A DNA stretch of 64,000 bases, taken from assembly GCF_009914755.1 (NCBI RefSeq), contig NC_060927.1; one strand, given 5' to 3'. Below, one piece after another: positions 26,257 through 40,476 of the stretch. Both the position numbers and the translations under genes were made by a program. The DNA is from the human T2T-CHM13v2.0 reference genome, Homo sapiens. How positions within the stretch are numbered: the stretch's first letter is position 1; the number at the start of each line of letters is the position of its first letter. Under the pieces are notes generated by a model. The model was not told where the DNA came from. It saw only the letters and a program-made list of their open reading frames with translations, and ran no database searches.

Positions 26257-26438
26257 TCACTTTCCTTTTGTCATAGTTTCTTTATGCCTCAACTTTCTTG
26301 GTGCTGATATAGTCATAGCCAAAATTTTTTAAAAATTCCTTTTTTGTCCTCACGATCAATGGTATTTGCGTTTAGGGTCTGCCAACAAGGTCGTTCATGA
26401 AAGTGTTTTTCTCTTTAAGGTAATTAAAAAACAGTGGA

Positions 26439-26568
26439 ATGGAAAAACAGTGCTGTAGTCATCCTGTAATATGCTCCTTGTCAACAATGTATACATTCCT
26501 GCTAGGTGCCATATTCATTGCTTTAAGCTCAAGTCGCATCTTACTAGTGAAGTATTCTGCCAATGAAG
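26439..26568 (+). CDS. SLC35A5: SLC35A5 exon 2 coding part (MEKQCCSHPV...KYSANE); exon starts at 26420
   Basis: tttaag| acceptor at 26419, ATG at 26439, |gtaagt donor; first TM helix. Joined CDS is 130+99+131+68+781+66 = 1275 nt = 424 aa plus stop. Confidence 0.95.
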
Positions 26569-27114
26569 GTAAGTTAAGACTTGGTATATGCATGGAGCAC
26601 TTCCATCTAATCACACATCTCTCTCTTGCCTTTGGTTCTGTTATATATAACATGGAAATAATAATGCCTTTTGCTTCATGTGAGTGATAAAGCATATTTA
26701 AATTTGATTATTTAACCTTGCATTCCTCAACAAGAAAAAATGTTTGATAATGGATGAAATGTGAGTCAATCAGATACAAAAATCAAACCCTTTGGTGAAG
26801 AACCAGTCGTAACATTTGACTGTTAATTCAATCAACAGGTGTTTCTGGACCTATAGCAAAATGTGTAATTGCGCCTTATTTTGAAGTAGAAGGATATATT
26901 TGTTTGGTCACTTGGCATTTGTGAGGTACTTACTATTGTAATTATTGTATCAATGGTAAGGTGTCAGCATTATATTGTGCGGTCATATTGTATCAACAGT
27001 ATAAATTATAAGCTTTGATAAGTATGTATTTAAGAAATCTTTTTTTATGTAGGGATTTAAGCAAACACTTTAATTCCACCAAACTGTATTGAGTACTTCT
27101 TACTAGTTATTGAG

Positions 27115-28044
27115 TGAAGGGGTGGGTTGCCCCTCCACATCTGTGGGTGTTTCTCGTTAGGTGGAACGAGAGACTTGGAAAAGAAAGGGACATAGACAAA
27201 GTATAGAGAAAGAAAAAAGGGGGCCCAGGGGACCGGCGCTCAGCACACGGAGGATCTCTGCCAGCCTCTGAGTTCCATTAGTATTTATTGATCATTATTG
27301 GGTGTTTCTCGGAGAGTGGGATGTGGCAGGATCATAGGATAGTAGTGGAGAGAGGGTCAACAGGTAAACACGTGAACAAAGGTCTCTGCATCATAAACAA
27401 GGTAAAGAATTAAGTGCTTTGCTTTAGATATGTATACACATAAACATTTCAATGCCTTAAAGAGCAGTATTGTTGCCCGCATGTCCCACCTCCAGCCCTA
27501 AGGCGGTTTTCCCCTATCTCAGTAGATGGAATATACAATCGGGTTTTACTCCGAGACATTCCATTGCCCAGGGACGAGCAGGAGACAGATGCCTTCCTCT
27601 TGTCTCAACTGCAAAGAGGCGTTCCTTCCTCTTTTACTAATCCTCCTCAGCACAGACCCTTTACAGGTGTCGGGCTGGGGGACGGTCAGGTCTTTCCCTT
27701 CCCACGAGGCCATATTTCAGACTATCACATGGGGAGAAACCTTGGACAATACCTGGCTTTCCTAGGCAGAGGTCGCTGCGGCTTTCCACAGTGTTTTGTG
27801 TCCCTGCGTACTTGAGATTAGGGAGTGGTGATGACTCTTAACGAGCATGCTGCCTTCAAGCATTTGTTTAACAAAGCACATCTTGCACAGCCCTTAATCC
27901 ATTTAACCCTGAGTTGACACAGCACCTGTTTCAGGGAGCACAGGGTTGGGGGTAAGGTTACAGATTGCAGAACAAAATGGAGTCTCCTATGTCTACTTCT
28001 TTCTACACAGACACAGTAACAATCTGATCTCTCTTTTCCCCACA
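27115..28044 (-). mobile_element. HERV-K(HML-2) solo LTR (LTR5, probably LTR5A/B) in SLC35A5 intron 2
   Basis: On the - strand it starts tgtggggaaaagagagatcagattgtt and ends gggcaacccaccccttca; perfect 6-bp TSD ATTGAG (27109-27114, 28045-28050); 930 bp. Confidence 0.96.
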
Positions 28045-28099
28045 ATTGAGGACACATACAATCATGATATGACCTTTAATGGTCTACTACTTGGAGAGT

Positions 28100-29900
28100 C
28101 AGATGTGTACCCAAGTCTCTACTGCAGTTAACATTTACCTGCCAGGCACTAGGCTAAGTATTAGCAGCAGGTTCAAAGTGCATAAGATATAGACCTTGTC
28201 CTCAAGACTTAGTTTATTAGGAGAGACATGAATGTAAACACATCATGAAAATCCATTATAATAACTGCAATAATTGATATATCCTGAAGATGCAGAGATT
28301 GTCTAGAGGATAAAGTTATATATTCTGTTTGGTAGGGGATGATGTGGAGTTCAAATGGATCAGAGAACACTTCGCTGATTAGAAGTCAGTTGATCCACTA
28401 GAAGTCAAGGTGAACAAGGGGATTCAAAACAGAGGCAACAGCCTGTAAAAGGGAACAGAGGCATAAAAAAGCAGGATATGTTGTGAGAACATGTAGTTTG
28501 AAATTACCAAGCAAAAAGTTTAAGGACTCGTAGCCAGGCACAGTGGCTCATGCTGTAATCCCAGCACTTTAGGAGGCCAAGGCCGGCGGATCACTTGAGG
28601 TCAGGAATTTGAGACCAGGCTGGCCAACATGGTGAAACCCATCTCTACTAGAAATACAAAAAATTAGCTGGGTTTGTTGGCGTGTGCCTGTAATCCCAGC
28701 TATGAGGGAGACTGAAGCAGGAGAATGAACCCGGGAGGCAGAGATTGCAGTGAGCCGAGATCATGCCACTGCACTCCAGCCTGGGCAACAGAGCAAAACT
28801 GTCTCAAGAAAAAAGAAAAAAAAAAGTTTAAGGACTCAGAAGAAAGAGAAGGAGTGGTTGGCTGGAGAGAGGTTGGTAAGTCTCAGATTTTTAAGGACTT
28901 CATATTCCATGGTAAGGAGCTGGGACCTTAGTCTCTAGGCCAGTCTGAGGGATAAGGGATACTTGAAGGATTATAAATAGGAGAGTAAAATGAGGGACTG
29001 TTATGGTAGCTGGATGGCAGTGGAAAAGACAGGAAGCTCAATAGCCAGTTAAGGGGTTATTGCAAAGTAAAGCCATAGGTGATGAAGACTAACTTAGTGT
29101 TTTGGAAGTAGTAAGATAAATAAGGAGTATTCAGAACATAGAAAAGACAGGATTTGGAGAATGTATTGAATATGAAAATTAAAAAAGATAACATATAGCT
29201 CCAAGGTTTCTGGTTTGAATGCTGAGTGGATTGATGCTGTTCTTAGCTGAGATGGAGACTATTAGGAGGAAGAGTAGGTTGGGCAGAGTTTGAAAAGATT
29301 GTAGTTGAAGAGATCAGGAGCTATGTCCCTACTGCAGTTTTCTGCAGTATCTGGCATGTCATGCACATGAGGGAAATGCCAATTATATGAATAAATAGGA
29401 GGTAGGTTTTCGTTTGGATATTTATAGTGGGCAATAAGTTAAATGTTCTAGAATATAGATTTGGGGACATTAATGTCAAATTGATATTTAAAACTTAAGG
29501 AACAGAGAGAGGACTCATGCAGAATGAGAAAATAAAGAGGGCCAAACTCCGAGGAATGCCAGCATTTAAGTGACATGCGGACACCAGAAAAGCATTAAGG
29601 AGACATCATTAGCGAGATGGGATAACTAAATGCACATGACTCATAGAAAGGAAAGAAAGTTTGAAGACTGAGAAAGAATGGCAACATCATGATAAGCTAA
29701 AGATTAAAGGATACCCTTTAGAGTTAAGAATGAGAATATGTTTGATAATCTCAGAAAGGAGTTAGTTTCAGATATCAGATTACTTGGAGATAAGACCTGA
29801 ATGGAAAGTGAGTAAAGGGCAGATAAAGAACGTTGATACTGTTTCAGGGAGAGATGGAGAAGGTATGGTAGCTAGAGGAAGTAGTATTTTATATTTTGTT
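28100..29900 (-). mobile_element. L2 fragments (interrupted by an Alu)
   Basis: Purine-rich degenerate reverse-L2 sequence starting near 'aacatttacctgccaggcactaggcta'; boundaries approximate. Confidence 0.55.
28532..28820 (+). mobile_element. Alu (AluSx/Sz-like)
   Basis: TSD aaaaagtttaaggactc. Confidence 0.95.
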
Positions 29901-29981
29901 TTTCAGATGCGAGAGTTTTGAGCATGTTTGTAGGCCAAGGGCAGTAAGCCAGTTAGTAGAGAGGAAGATAAAAAAGATACA

Positions 29982-30684
<703 letters not shown>

Positions 30685-32205
30685 TAGCCCCTTCCTCTGG
30701 GGCTGAAGGGAAACCAGTGAATGCCATGTAGAAAGGTATGTTAGTGTGGGCAGGAGATGTGTGGAGGGAAATCACATACCATGTTGTCATATGGTCTGGG
30801 ATCGGCCGTGAAAGGACTGCAAGAAAACCACTGAAAAGCAAGAACAAGCTAAAGAACAGTGACAAGGGTTTGAAAGTTATAATCCAAAGTCCCCCCTTCT
30901 TATATGCACATGTTGGCTTATGTGTATCATGATGGATCATGAGAAGTATCATTGGAGGATAACAGAGTGTGAGTTAAGTCTAGCATTTAACTGAGAAAAA
31001 GGAGATGTTTTGACTATGCTTTGAATGATGGAGTAAAGTTGAACAGGCAGATATTTAAATTCAGGTGAACATTTATTAAGTGCCTGCTAAGTGCCAGGTA
31101 TATGAACGTGACAAACATGGTCCATTTCTTGTAAGGATCTTCCATTCCATTTCACTTCACACACTTCCAATGAGACAAGTAGGGCCACAGAGGTTTAGAG
31201 GTAGTGCTATAAGAACAGAGATGAATAAAGAATTGATTCTGATTAGTTTGAGAAGGTCAAGGGAAACCACAGGAGAGTGGAAGAAAGTGTTCTGGATAGA
31301 CAGTGTCCACTTGGCTTTTTTTCCCTACATTTGGCCAATTTTGGTTTAATGTGACTGAGAGAAGCAAGCAAATGTCTTCAAAAGTGGGGAAAATGCATTC
31401 CTGAAAATAGTACCCAATAAAGTTTATGTTTATCCTTGGCAAAATTGTAAAGCGAGTTGTTTGTAAGCATTTAGAAGAGACAGGTAACAGTTAAGATGAA
31501 GTCATACCAACCAAACCTCACTTCCTAATTCTATTGATTTGCAGTTTAGGATGTAGCTTTCCAACTCATCAGTGGGTTTGGATGTGTCCAAGTATTTCCT
31601 CTCGGCCCTAAAGGTAGCAGAGCCCTAGGCCAGTTGCCTCTTGCCTTAGATAGTTTCCTTCTTTACCTCAGTGTACCATTTATCCCAGAGTGCCAAACAA
31701 ATATTAATGTTTTCTGTGTGTACCGTGATATAAAACAGATTGGAAAACTCTTAAGGGGATGTCATAGACAGAGTGTACCTCAATTTTAGCAAGGCAAAGA
31801 AATCACAAGAAGAATTATGAGCTGAGTAATAATTCAGCAGGTCAGTTCATAGCTGTTGCATGAGTCGGTGTTGATTGATGGTCAATTTAGCAGGCAGCCT
31901 CTGATGCCATGCCACAGAGCTTTCTTTGCCCTTAGTCCTAGCCTCCTTAATGTATTAGCAACTTGGATGAAGACATGAGAGGCTGTTTAACAAATTCAAG
32001 GATAATAAAAAGCCAAATGGGATAGGGATAGCTAATACATTAGGTGAATTGATTAAAAAATCCAAAGGAGCAAAGGCAACTGGAAGAAACTTAATATAAC
32101 CAGTAGTAAATCCAGCTTTTAAATTTTAAAACAATTATGTTATACTGTATATAAACATACATGGAATAAAATATATAGTTAAAAAACATTTCTGTTACAT
32201 TTCAG

Positions 32206-32304
32206 AAAACAAGTATGATTATCTTCCAACTACTGTGAATGTGTGCTCAGAACTGGTGAAGCTAGTTTTCTGTGTGCTTGTGTCATTCTGTGTTATAAAG
32301 AAAG
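32206..32304 (+). CDS. SLC35A5: SLC35A5 exon 3 (NKYDYLPTTVNVCSELVKLVFCVLVSFCVIKK)
   Basis: 99 nt, ttcag| acceptor and |gtaagt donor; 'SELVKL' matches the SLC35A E-x-x-K motif. Confidence 0.96.
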
Positions 32305-33575
32305 GTAAGTCTTGAAATGGTACTATATACTTGTTAATCATAGGACCAAAAAATGTTAGAACTGGAAGGAACATTTTGTATCATTTAGCTTAGTCCATTA
32401 AATTTTATATGAGGAAGCTAAGATACAAACATAAGTATGTTTTAGAGGTGGAGAAACAAGCTCAAAGAGAAAGTGTTAATGCAGAGCTGCATAGGAAGGG
32501 GAGGAGCTGGGACACCAACTCATGTTTCCTAATGCCCTTCCTATTACTCTATCTTGTTACTTGTTCTGTGATAGTTTCATGCAGTAAGTTAGTTTTTATT
32601 CAAATTAAAGATTTTCTAAATCGTGCTAACTTGAGATGTATCATATTTCAAAATAGTTCCCATTTCCTGCAGGGAAGGTAGCATAGTGCACAGGCATCAA
32701 AGAGACTGTTCTGGGGCAGATTATTTTCTCTGAGCTCCAGTTTTCTGAGCTATCACATAGGGATACTAATTCCTTTCTCAAATGTAAAGTATATAGCCTT
32801 CCATGGAATGTATATGCTGTTTAATATACATTAATTCTTCACCTTAGTTCCCCAATTATTGCGCCTCCGCTCCCTCCCTCTGCCTCTTTCATATACCTTC
32901 ACACATGAGGTAAACGTAAACTTTAGAGCATTGAAGTGTTTGCCCAGCAAGATGTCTTTTCATATTCCAGGGTTTCAAACTTTGCAGTTTCTCGTTAGTG
33001 ACTACTTTTCTTAATCTCATAAAACTCAATGCATTATTTGCAGGGCCTTAAACTGCCTTTGTTTTCTTTTTGTTTTACATTCTCTCTGCTACAGTGCCTA
33101 AGTTTTTAGAAACCTAGAGATGGAATAATAACTGACAGGATTACTAAAAGTTAACTTTCTCTAGTTCCATATATATAAATTTCGATTTAGTATCCCCCTT
33201 TCCTGATTTGCCCTGGGGGGCAAAAATTCCAGTATGAAGCCTTGATTTTTTTTTTTTTTAACTTATTTTAACTTGTTGATCTCCCTGTTGGCCTTATGCT
33301 CTTACAGCAGCAAGAGAAACCACATATTTATTCTGAGTTGCCTTAAGTAATACTTCTGTTATCTCAAATTAACAGGAATTAGGATAACCAGTAGTCCTAA
33401 GGTTGTTGCTGATTGTCAGTGATGAAACTGGTGGGTTGAAGAGAGACAGTAATGAAATGGAGGCACGTTTATAAAGCTCCCTTTAAAGAATTGTATCAGT
33501 AATCAAGTACAGTGTAATTTCTCTAAAAATGTGGGCATTCTCATCAAGGTCATTTACACCATGTTTCTTTCTAAG

Positions 33576-33706
33576 ATCATCAAAGTAGAAATTTGAAATA
33601 TGCTTCCTGGAAGGAATTCTCTGATTTCATGAAGTGGTCCATTCCTGCCTTTCTTTATTTCCTGGATAACTTGATTGTCTTCTATGTCCTGTCCTATCTT
33701 CAACCA
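33576..33706 (+). CDS. SLC35A5: SLC35A5 exon 4 ([11 protein letters not shown]...[22 protein letters not shown])
   Basis: 131 nt, ctaag| acceptor and |gtaagt donor; 'PAFLY..N' SLC35A motif. Confidence 0.96.
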
Positions 33707-34569
33707 GTAAGTAAATATGAAAAAGAAAATACCATTGAAAAGATACAGAGAAATAAATCCCAGAATTTTTTTTTTTTTATCATTTTTGTTGGCATTGTTA
33801 GTTTCTCATTGTCCTCACTGGCCTTCCTGAGATTTCCCCAGAATTATCTGAGTCCTGAATTATCAATATGCGTGCCAGGTTCTCTTAAATGGTCAAGATT
33901 ACTGTATTAAACTGGGCTGACTACCATGGGGGAGTTGCTCCCTAGACCAAGAAATCTGAAGCCACCTCTTTTTATGTAACCCTAATTAGTATGCCTATTT
34001 TCTGAGACGTCCTGTGGCCACTAACCTCTAATTATCTCAGCATCCAGGACCTCATCCAAGAAAACTTCCCTGATTAACTCAGAAAGTTAAACACTCAATG
34101 TACCTTTCTTACACCTGTTTTAATGTAGTTTATATGAATTTTATTTGTATGGTTTTCTTTTCTGTTAGTCATGTCATTTAACCAACAAATTCTTCAAGGG
34201 TAGGGATCATGTCCTCCCAACTAGAAATGCCATCTATAACTGATAATGCTGGAAATACTTCTCATCTTTCTTGGCATCCTTTGTGTCAGTTTAGAAAGCC
34301 ATTAGTAATCCGAGCTGGAGTTTGGTTTTTCTGCTTTCACTTATTACTCAGTTTGGGTCACAATAGGTCACATGTATATTTCCCTTTAATATTTTATAAA
34401 ATGAAGATTTCTATTGCCTTTATTGCCAAAATGTGTTTTAAATTTCTTTAAAAAGTAAATTCAGGCATTTGATTATAAATAGGATTTCTATTGCTACCAG
34501 TCTTCTCTGTGAAGTTTCTTAAATATAAGCAAATCAGAGTGGGATGAAAAGGAGGGCTCAAGATAGAAC

Positions 34570-34921
34570 TGTATTAGCCTGTTCTCACACTGCTAATAAA
34601 CACATACCCAAGACTAGGTAATTTATAAAGGAAAGAGGTTTAATGGACGCACAGTTCCACAAGGCTGGGGAGGCCTCACAGTCATGGCGGAAGGCGAAAG
34701 AGGAGCAAAGTCATGTCTTACATGGCAGCAGGCAGGAGAGCTTGTGCTGGGGAACTCTCATTTATAAAACCGTCAGATCTCATGAGACTTACTCAGTACC
34801 ATGAGAACAGTATGGGTGAAACCTCCGCCATGATTTAGTTATCTCCACCTGGCTTGGCCCTTGACATATGGGGATTACAATTCAAGGTGAGATTTGGGTG
34901 GGACACAGCCAAACCCTATCA
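34570..34921 (-). mobile_element. THE1 (MaLR) solo LTR
   Basis: tgtattagcctgttctcac...cagccaaaccctatca; TSD agaac/agaat. Confidence 0.9.
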
Positions 34922-34962
34922 AGAATTATAGTAGAAAACAGGTGTTTGACTTTCCACAGTTT

Positions 34963-35273
<311 letters not shown>

Positions 35274-36920
35274 GACTTTCCACAGTTTAGAAGCTGTGTA
35301 ACTAGGCAGGCCCAACTGCTTTAAGTTTCAGTTACCCCCTCTATGAAATAAATAATAATAATAATAATAATATACTAGTTCAAAGGCAGGGAACTGGGCC
35401 AGTTGATCACCTGAAGTTTTCTTTGGCTCTGTAATGCATGTTGCTAATAAGTGTCCAGTCCACCTAGGATCTGTTCTCTCCTAAATTCTTCCATTTTTGA
35501 GAATTGCTGTCCCCAACAAAATTATGCAAATTCAATACATTTTATTGTATTTTATCACAGATTCACTCTAAATTTGTGTCTCTTTTCTGTGTCCCCCAGT
35601 ACCAAAGCAAAATGGCAACTTCCTTATTTTTCTTCCAGCTTATTGTTTTGCTCTTCCTTCCTGATTGTGAACAACCATATATCTTACAGAATAAAACACA
35701 TGCATACTCTGTGTATTGCTGTGCCTGAGCCTATTGAAGGAATTAAATAGAGATGCATGGAATGTTTGGGCCAAAGAGCTCTGATGTTTTTATTTTATCC
35801 TCTTGCATGGAAAGAGTATTCAGAATTTTCAGAATTCATCAAGCCGTCAGGCTGCATGGTTAGGCACTTTTGCACTGCCCTTAATGTGATTGATCAAGGC
35901 CACTATTTCCACACTTCACAGCCACTTTCCTCTTTTCCTCTTACTCATCTCCTAACTAGGGGTTCACAGGCATTTGCCTACAGAGAAGTACACTGAGAAA
36001 ACCTTAAAATGGTGGTTCCCATAAGAATGTAATAGAAAAACAACAATGTTATATTCTTGGAGCTGTTGCCATTTTTCATTGAGTTTTATCTTTAATTTAG
36101 CTTCATATTAGCCATGTTTGTTTTAATTAGTGGGTATATATGACTGTTAATATCTTTTGGGGTTTAATCACCTTAAAGTGATAGCAAGCAGGAAGGCAGG
36201 GTGAAGTACATCCTAAGATTTGCATTAAAAAATTATTAACTATTGTCAGATCTAATTATGGGCAGCAATGATGGAATTTCATGCTTTCTGAGCATAATGT
36301 ATACATGTTCAGATTAATACTCTCATGTGTGAAATAGGACTGAATTCGTAAAAACAAATGGTTTTAAAATCTGGCTGATACATTTCTAAGTGTTTAGAAC
36401 AACTTGAATCAGTGCGCAGGGCTGTCAAGTATGAGTTTGGTATTGAGTTACTGCAGTTCAACCAGGAAAATTGATACAATTCCTAGAATGGTAAAGATGC
36501 TTAAAAAAATCTATACTTCAGTTTTCTTACTATATTAATGGGCCATACAGTACCTGCCTTCTATGTGACCGTAGAAACAGTGTTAAAAATCCATAAGGCG
36601 CTTTGAGAACTTTGAAAAGTAGGCTTCATAAGCATAGCAACTGTCATTTCTAAACCTAAACCTTTAGAATTTATAAGTAATTTCAGATCTGTATATAAAG
36701 ATTATTTACACAGGCAATGCCTGGACAATAATTTGATCATATCTACGTAAATTTGACAAGCGACAAAACTGGAATTTAATCCTTAGTTGAAATTGCTACC
36801 TTAATAACCCCTCTGTTTTTTGACCAAAAAGCTTTTTTTGTCAGGTGAACTGCCAAGCTAAGACATTTCTGAGGTCAGTACTTCATTTGGATTGTAACTC
36901 TATCTTCTCTTTCTTTCTAG

Positions 36921-36988
36921 GCCATGGCTGTTATCTTCTCAAATTTTAGCATTATAACAACAGCTCTTCTATTCAGGATAGTGCTGAA
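36921..36988 (+). CDS. SLC35A5: SLC35A5 exon 5 (AMAVIFSNFSIITTALLFRIVL)
   Basis: 68 nt, strong pyrimidine tract, ctag| acceptor and |gtaagt donor. Confidence 0.96.
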
Positions 36989-38734
36989 GTAAGTAACTTG
37001 CTGTGAAAACATATATCATACTTTAAAATAACATAGCCCGGTTTCAAATGATATACCCAGAACACTGAGCCGTCAGAATCCCAAAGCCAGGATTTTGTTC
37101 CTAATTGACTTTGTGTACTGGGCACGTTTAAGCCATGTAGAAAGCAGCTCCAGTGCTAGTCCATCTAAATCCTCTGTGATCAGATGAATGAAAATGTCTT
37201 GAGCATCTTAAAAATAAGATAATTGACTGTGTTATAATTAGTATTTTCATATTTAGTGCCAGATTTTCAACAAAGAATTAATGAGCTTTTTATGCAAAAT
37301 CTTTCTGCACTAATAGGGAAGCAAATGGTTCCTAAGATTGTTAATATATTTGTAATTTGTAGTTTGGAGATGATAGATAATGGCCAATTTTTTATTAAAC
37401 TATTTGAGATGAGGACGTGATTTAAGCACTAATTAGCAGAGTGTGTGAAGAATCTAGTCAAAATTATAGTTAAGAAGGATAGTTTTTTAAACTTTTAAAA
37501 ATGTTATCACCAGTTTTTACTATCTCCAAGAGGACCGTTGAATAGTATAAACATTTTTAAGTAAATTAAGCTCTCTTCAAAGCAAAAGCCAGAGTGTCCT
37601 AAGGCAGGAAGATGATACAGGATCTGGATACTTAACTTCAGTTTAATTTCTTACTTAATGATAATGATTAAAAAATAAAATTAATTTCTTATTAGATTTG
37701 TTTTTTTTAAATTTTACATTATCTTTTTGATTTATTGATTCTCAGTGTGCTGTGTGATAGTATGTTCTTTCATAATTTGTGTATATGAAAGGGTGACTGG
37801 CTTGGTACAAAGATTTAATTTGTTGAGTCCATGATATACTTAATATATAAATTATATAAGATTCCTGATGTATTTTCTTTTACCCTGAGGAAACATTTAA
37901 TTTGATAGTTAATGTGAGAGATAAGGAAAAAGTGAACATTACATTTAGCCCAGTTTAAATGTTAGAGTACATCGAAGTTTGTTCTACGTATCTGTCAATT
38001 TATTTGTGAATTGTGAAAATAATTCTTTAACTAAAAAAAAGATATTCCAAAAACATTTTGAAGTCTTTGAAATCAGTTTGAATCTCACTTTGTAGTATAA
38101 AAAGTTGACTTTTGAGAAAAGGTAAGCAAGCAATAATATTTGTATATTGATTCCTGTGATAGATTAGCGATGTACTTCTGTGAAGATAAAATGGTTCCAA
38201 GACCATTTCCATATTCCAAGATGATAAAAGGATCACGATTTAATAAGGGAGTACAGGTCTCAAAAACATGTATTTTTAAAGTGTTTGTCATTTACTTTAA
38301 ATGAGTACAGATGGTATTATACTGAAGTTGTATAATATAAAAATATTACATCAAAATTACATCAATTTCAAACTGAATTTACTAAAGACTAAAAGTATGT
38401 ATTGCCTGACTTGAAATTGGCCAGTAGCTTTAGTCCTATCCTATAATAAGTATTCCTTGTTAAATTTTTAAGCATTTAACTATTTGTATTAAGAAAGTTC
38501 ATTCTAAGTTTAAATCTAAATCTATTTATACTATACATTTTAAATATTTGCTTTTAATACTAGTTATAATATTGATTGCATTTTGCTAATTTTAATAATA
38601 ACTAACACTGGTATGAATTAAAGTTCAAAAAAAATTTCTACATACTTTCTTATTTTCAGAGGAATAATAATGATTCTTAGACATATATTTGCTTTGTTGT
38701 TAACATCTCTCTGTTTTGAGTCCTTGGAAAATAA

Positions 38735-39092
<358 letters not shown>

Positions 39093-39104
39093 TATTACAT
39101 TTTT

Positions 39105-39800
<696 letters not shown>

Positions 39801-40310
39801 TGCTTTTATTACATTTTGAAGTCAACTTAACTTTGTTCTATTTTGATCTTTTTGGAGTTGGTGGTGTGCATTGGTTTTCCCTATTTAATTTACTCTTTGT
39901 GAATCATTTGATGGTCTTTTTGCCCTTTGTGATTAAATTTTGACCTAGGAGTAGCAGCTTAATAGTTCTATCACATATTCTTTGTTTGCCACTTTTCATT
40001 TAGAATATTAAATCTGTTGTCTTATACTTGATTGTATCAGAACTATCAAATACCTTTCCCATACAGGTAAAGAATACAAGGCTACAAAATAAAATAATTT
40101 TTAAAAAAAATTTTTTAAGAAAAAAAAAAAATAATTTTTAAAAATTCTTAAAAAGAATATAAGGCTACAAAAGCAGGCAAAAGTAAGTCTGGTAACTACT
40201 GCAGGGATTACTTGGAGGAATTTGAAAGTGGGAAAAAAAATATTATCATCTAAATGTCCTATTGTCTTTTCTAAAAAGAATAAAATACCTAAAGGCATTC
40301 TCATAAAAGA

Positions 40311-40476
40311 CAATATTAGATTATTAGCATGTTATTTTCCAAGGATTCAAACTTTATGTGAATGTATAGATTTGTTCTTTGAAGTATAAGCCACAATATT
40401 AGATTATTAGCATGTTATTTTCCAAGGATTCAAACTTTATGTGAATGTATAGATTTGTTCTTTGAAGTATAAGCCA
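40311..40476. repeat. Perfect 83-bp tandem duplication
   Basis: 40311-40393 is identical to 40394-40476. Confidence 0.97.

Noticed and set aside
26569-26687. Read-through of SLC35A5 exon 2 ORF to 82 aa
   Set aside because: Continues past a consensus GTAAGT donor; simple intron read-through with no independent support.
27526-28131. Several 61-83 aa ORFs
   Set aside because: Lie within the LTR5 solo LTR; no gag/pol/env sequence is present.
40311-40476. Repeats superficially array-like (also 10284-10550 and the SVA VNTR)
   Set aside because: No spacer-separated identical repeats and eukaryotic context; not CRISPR.
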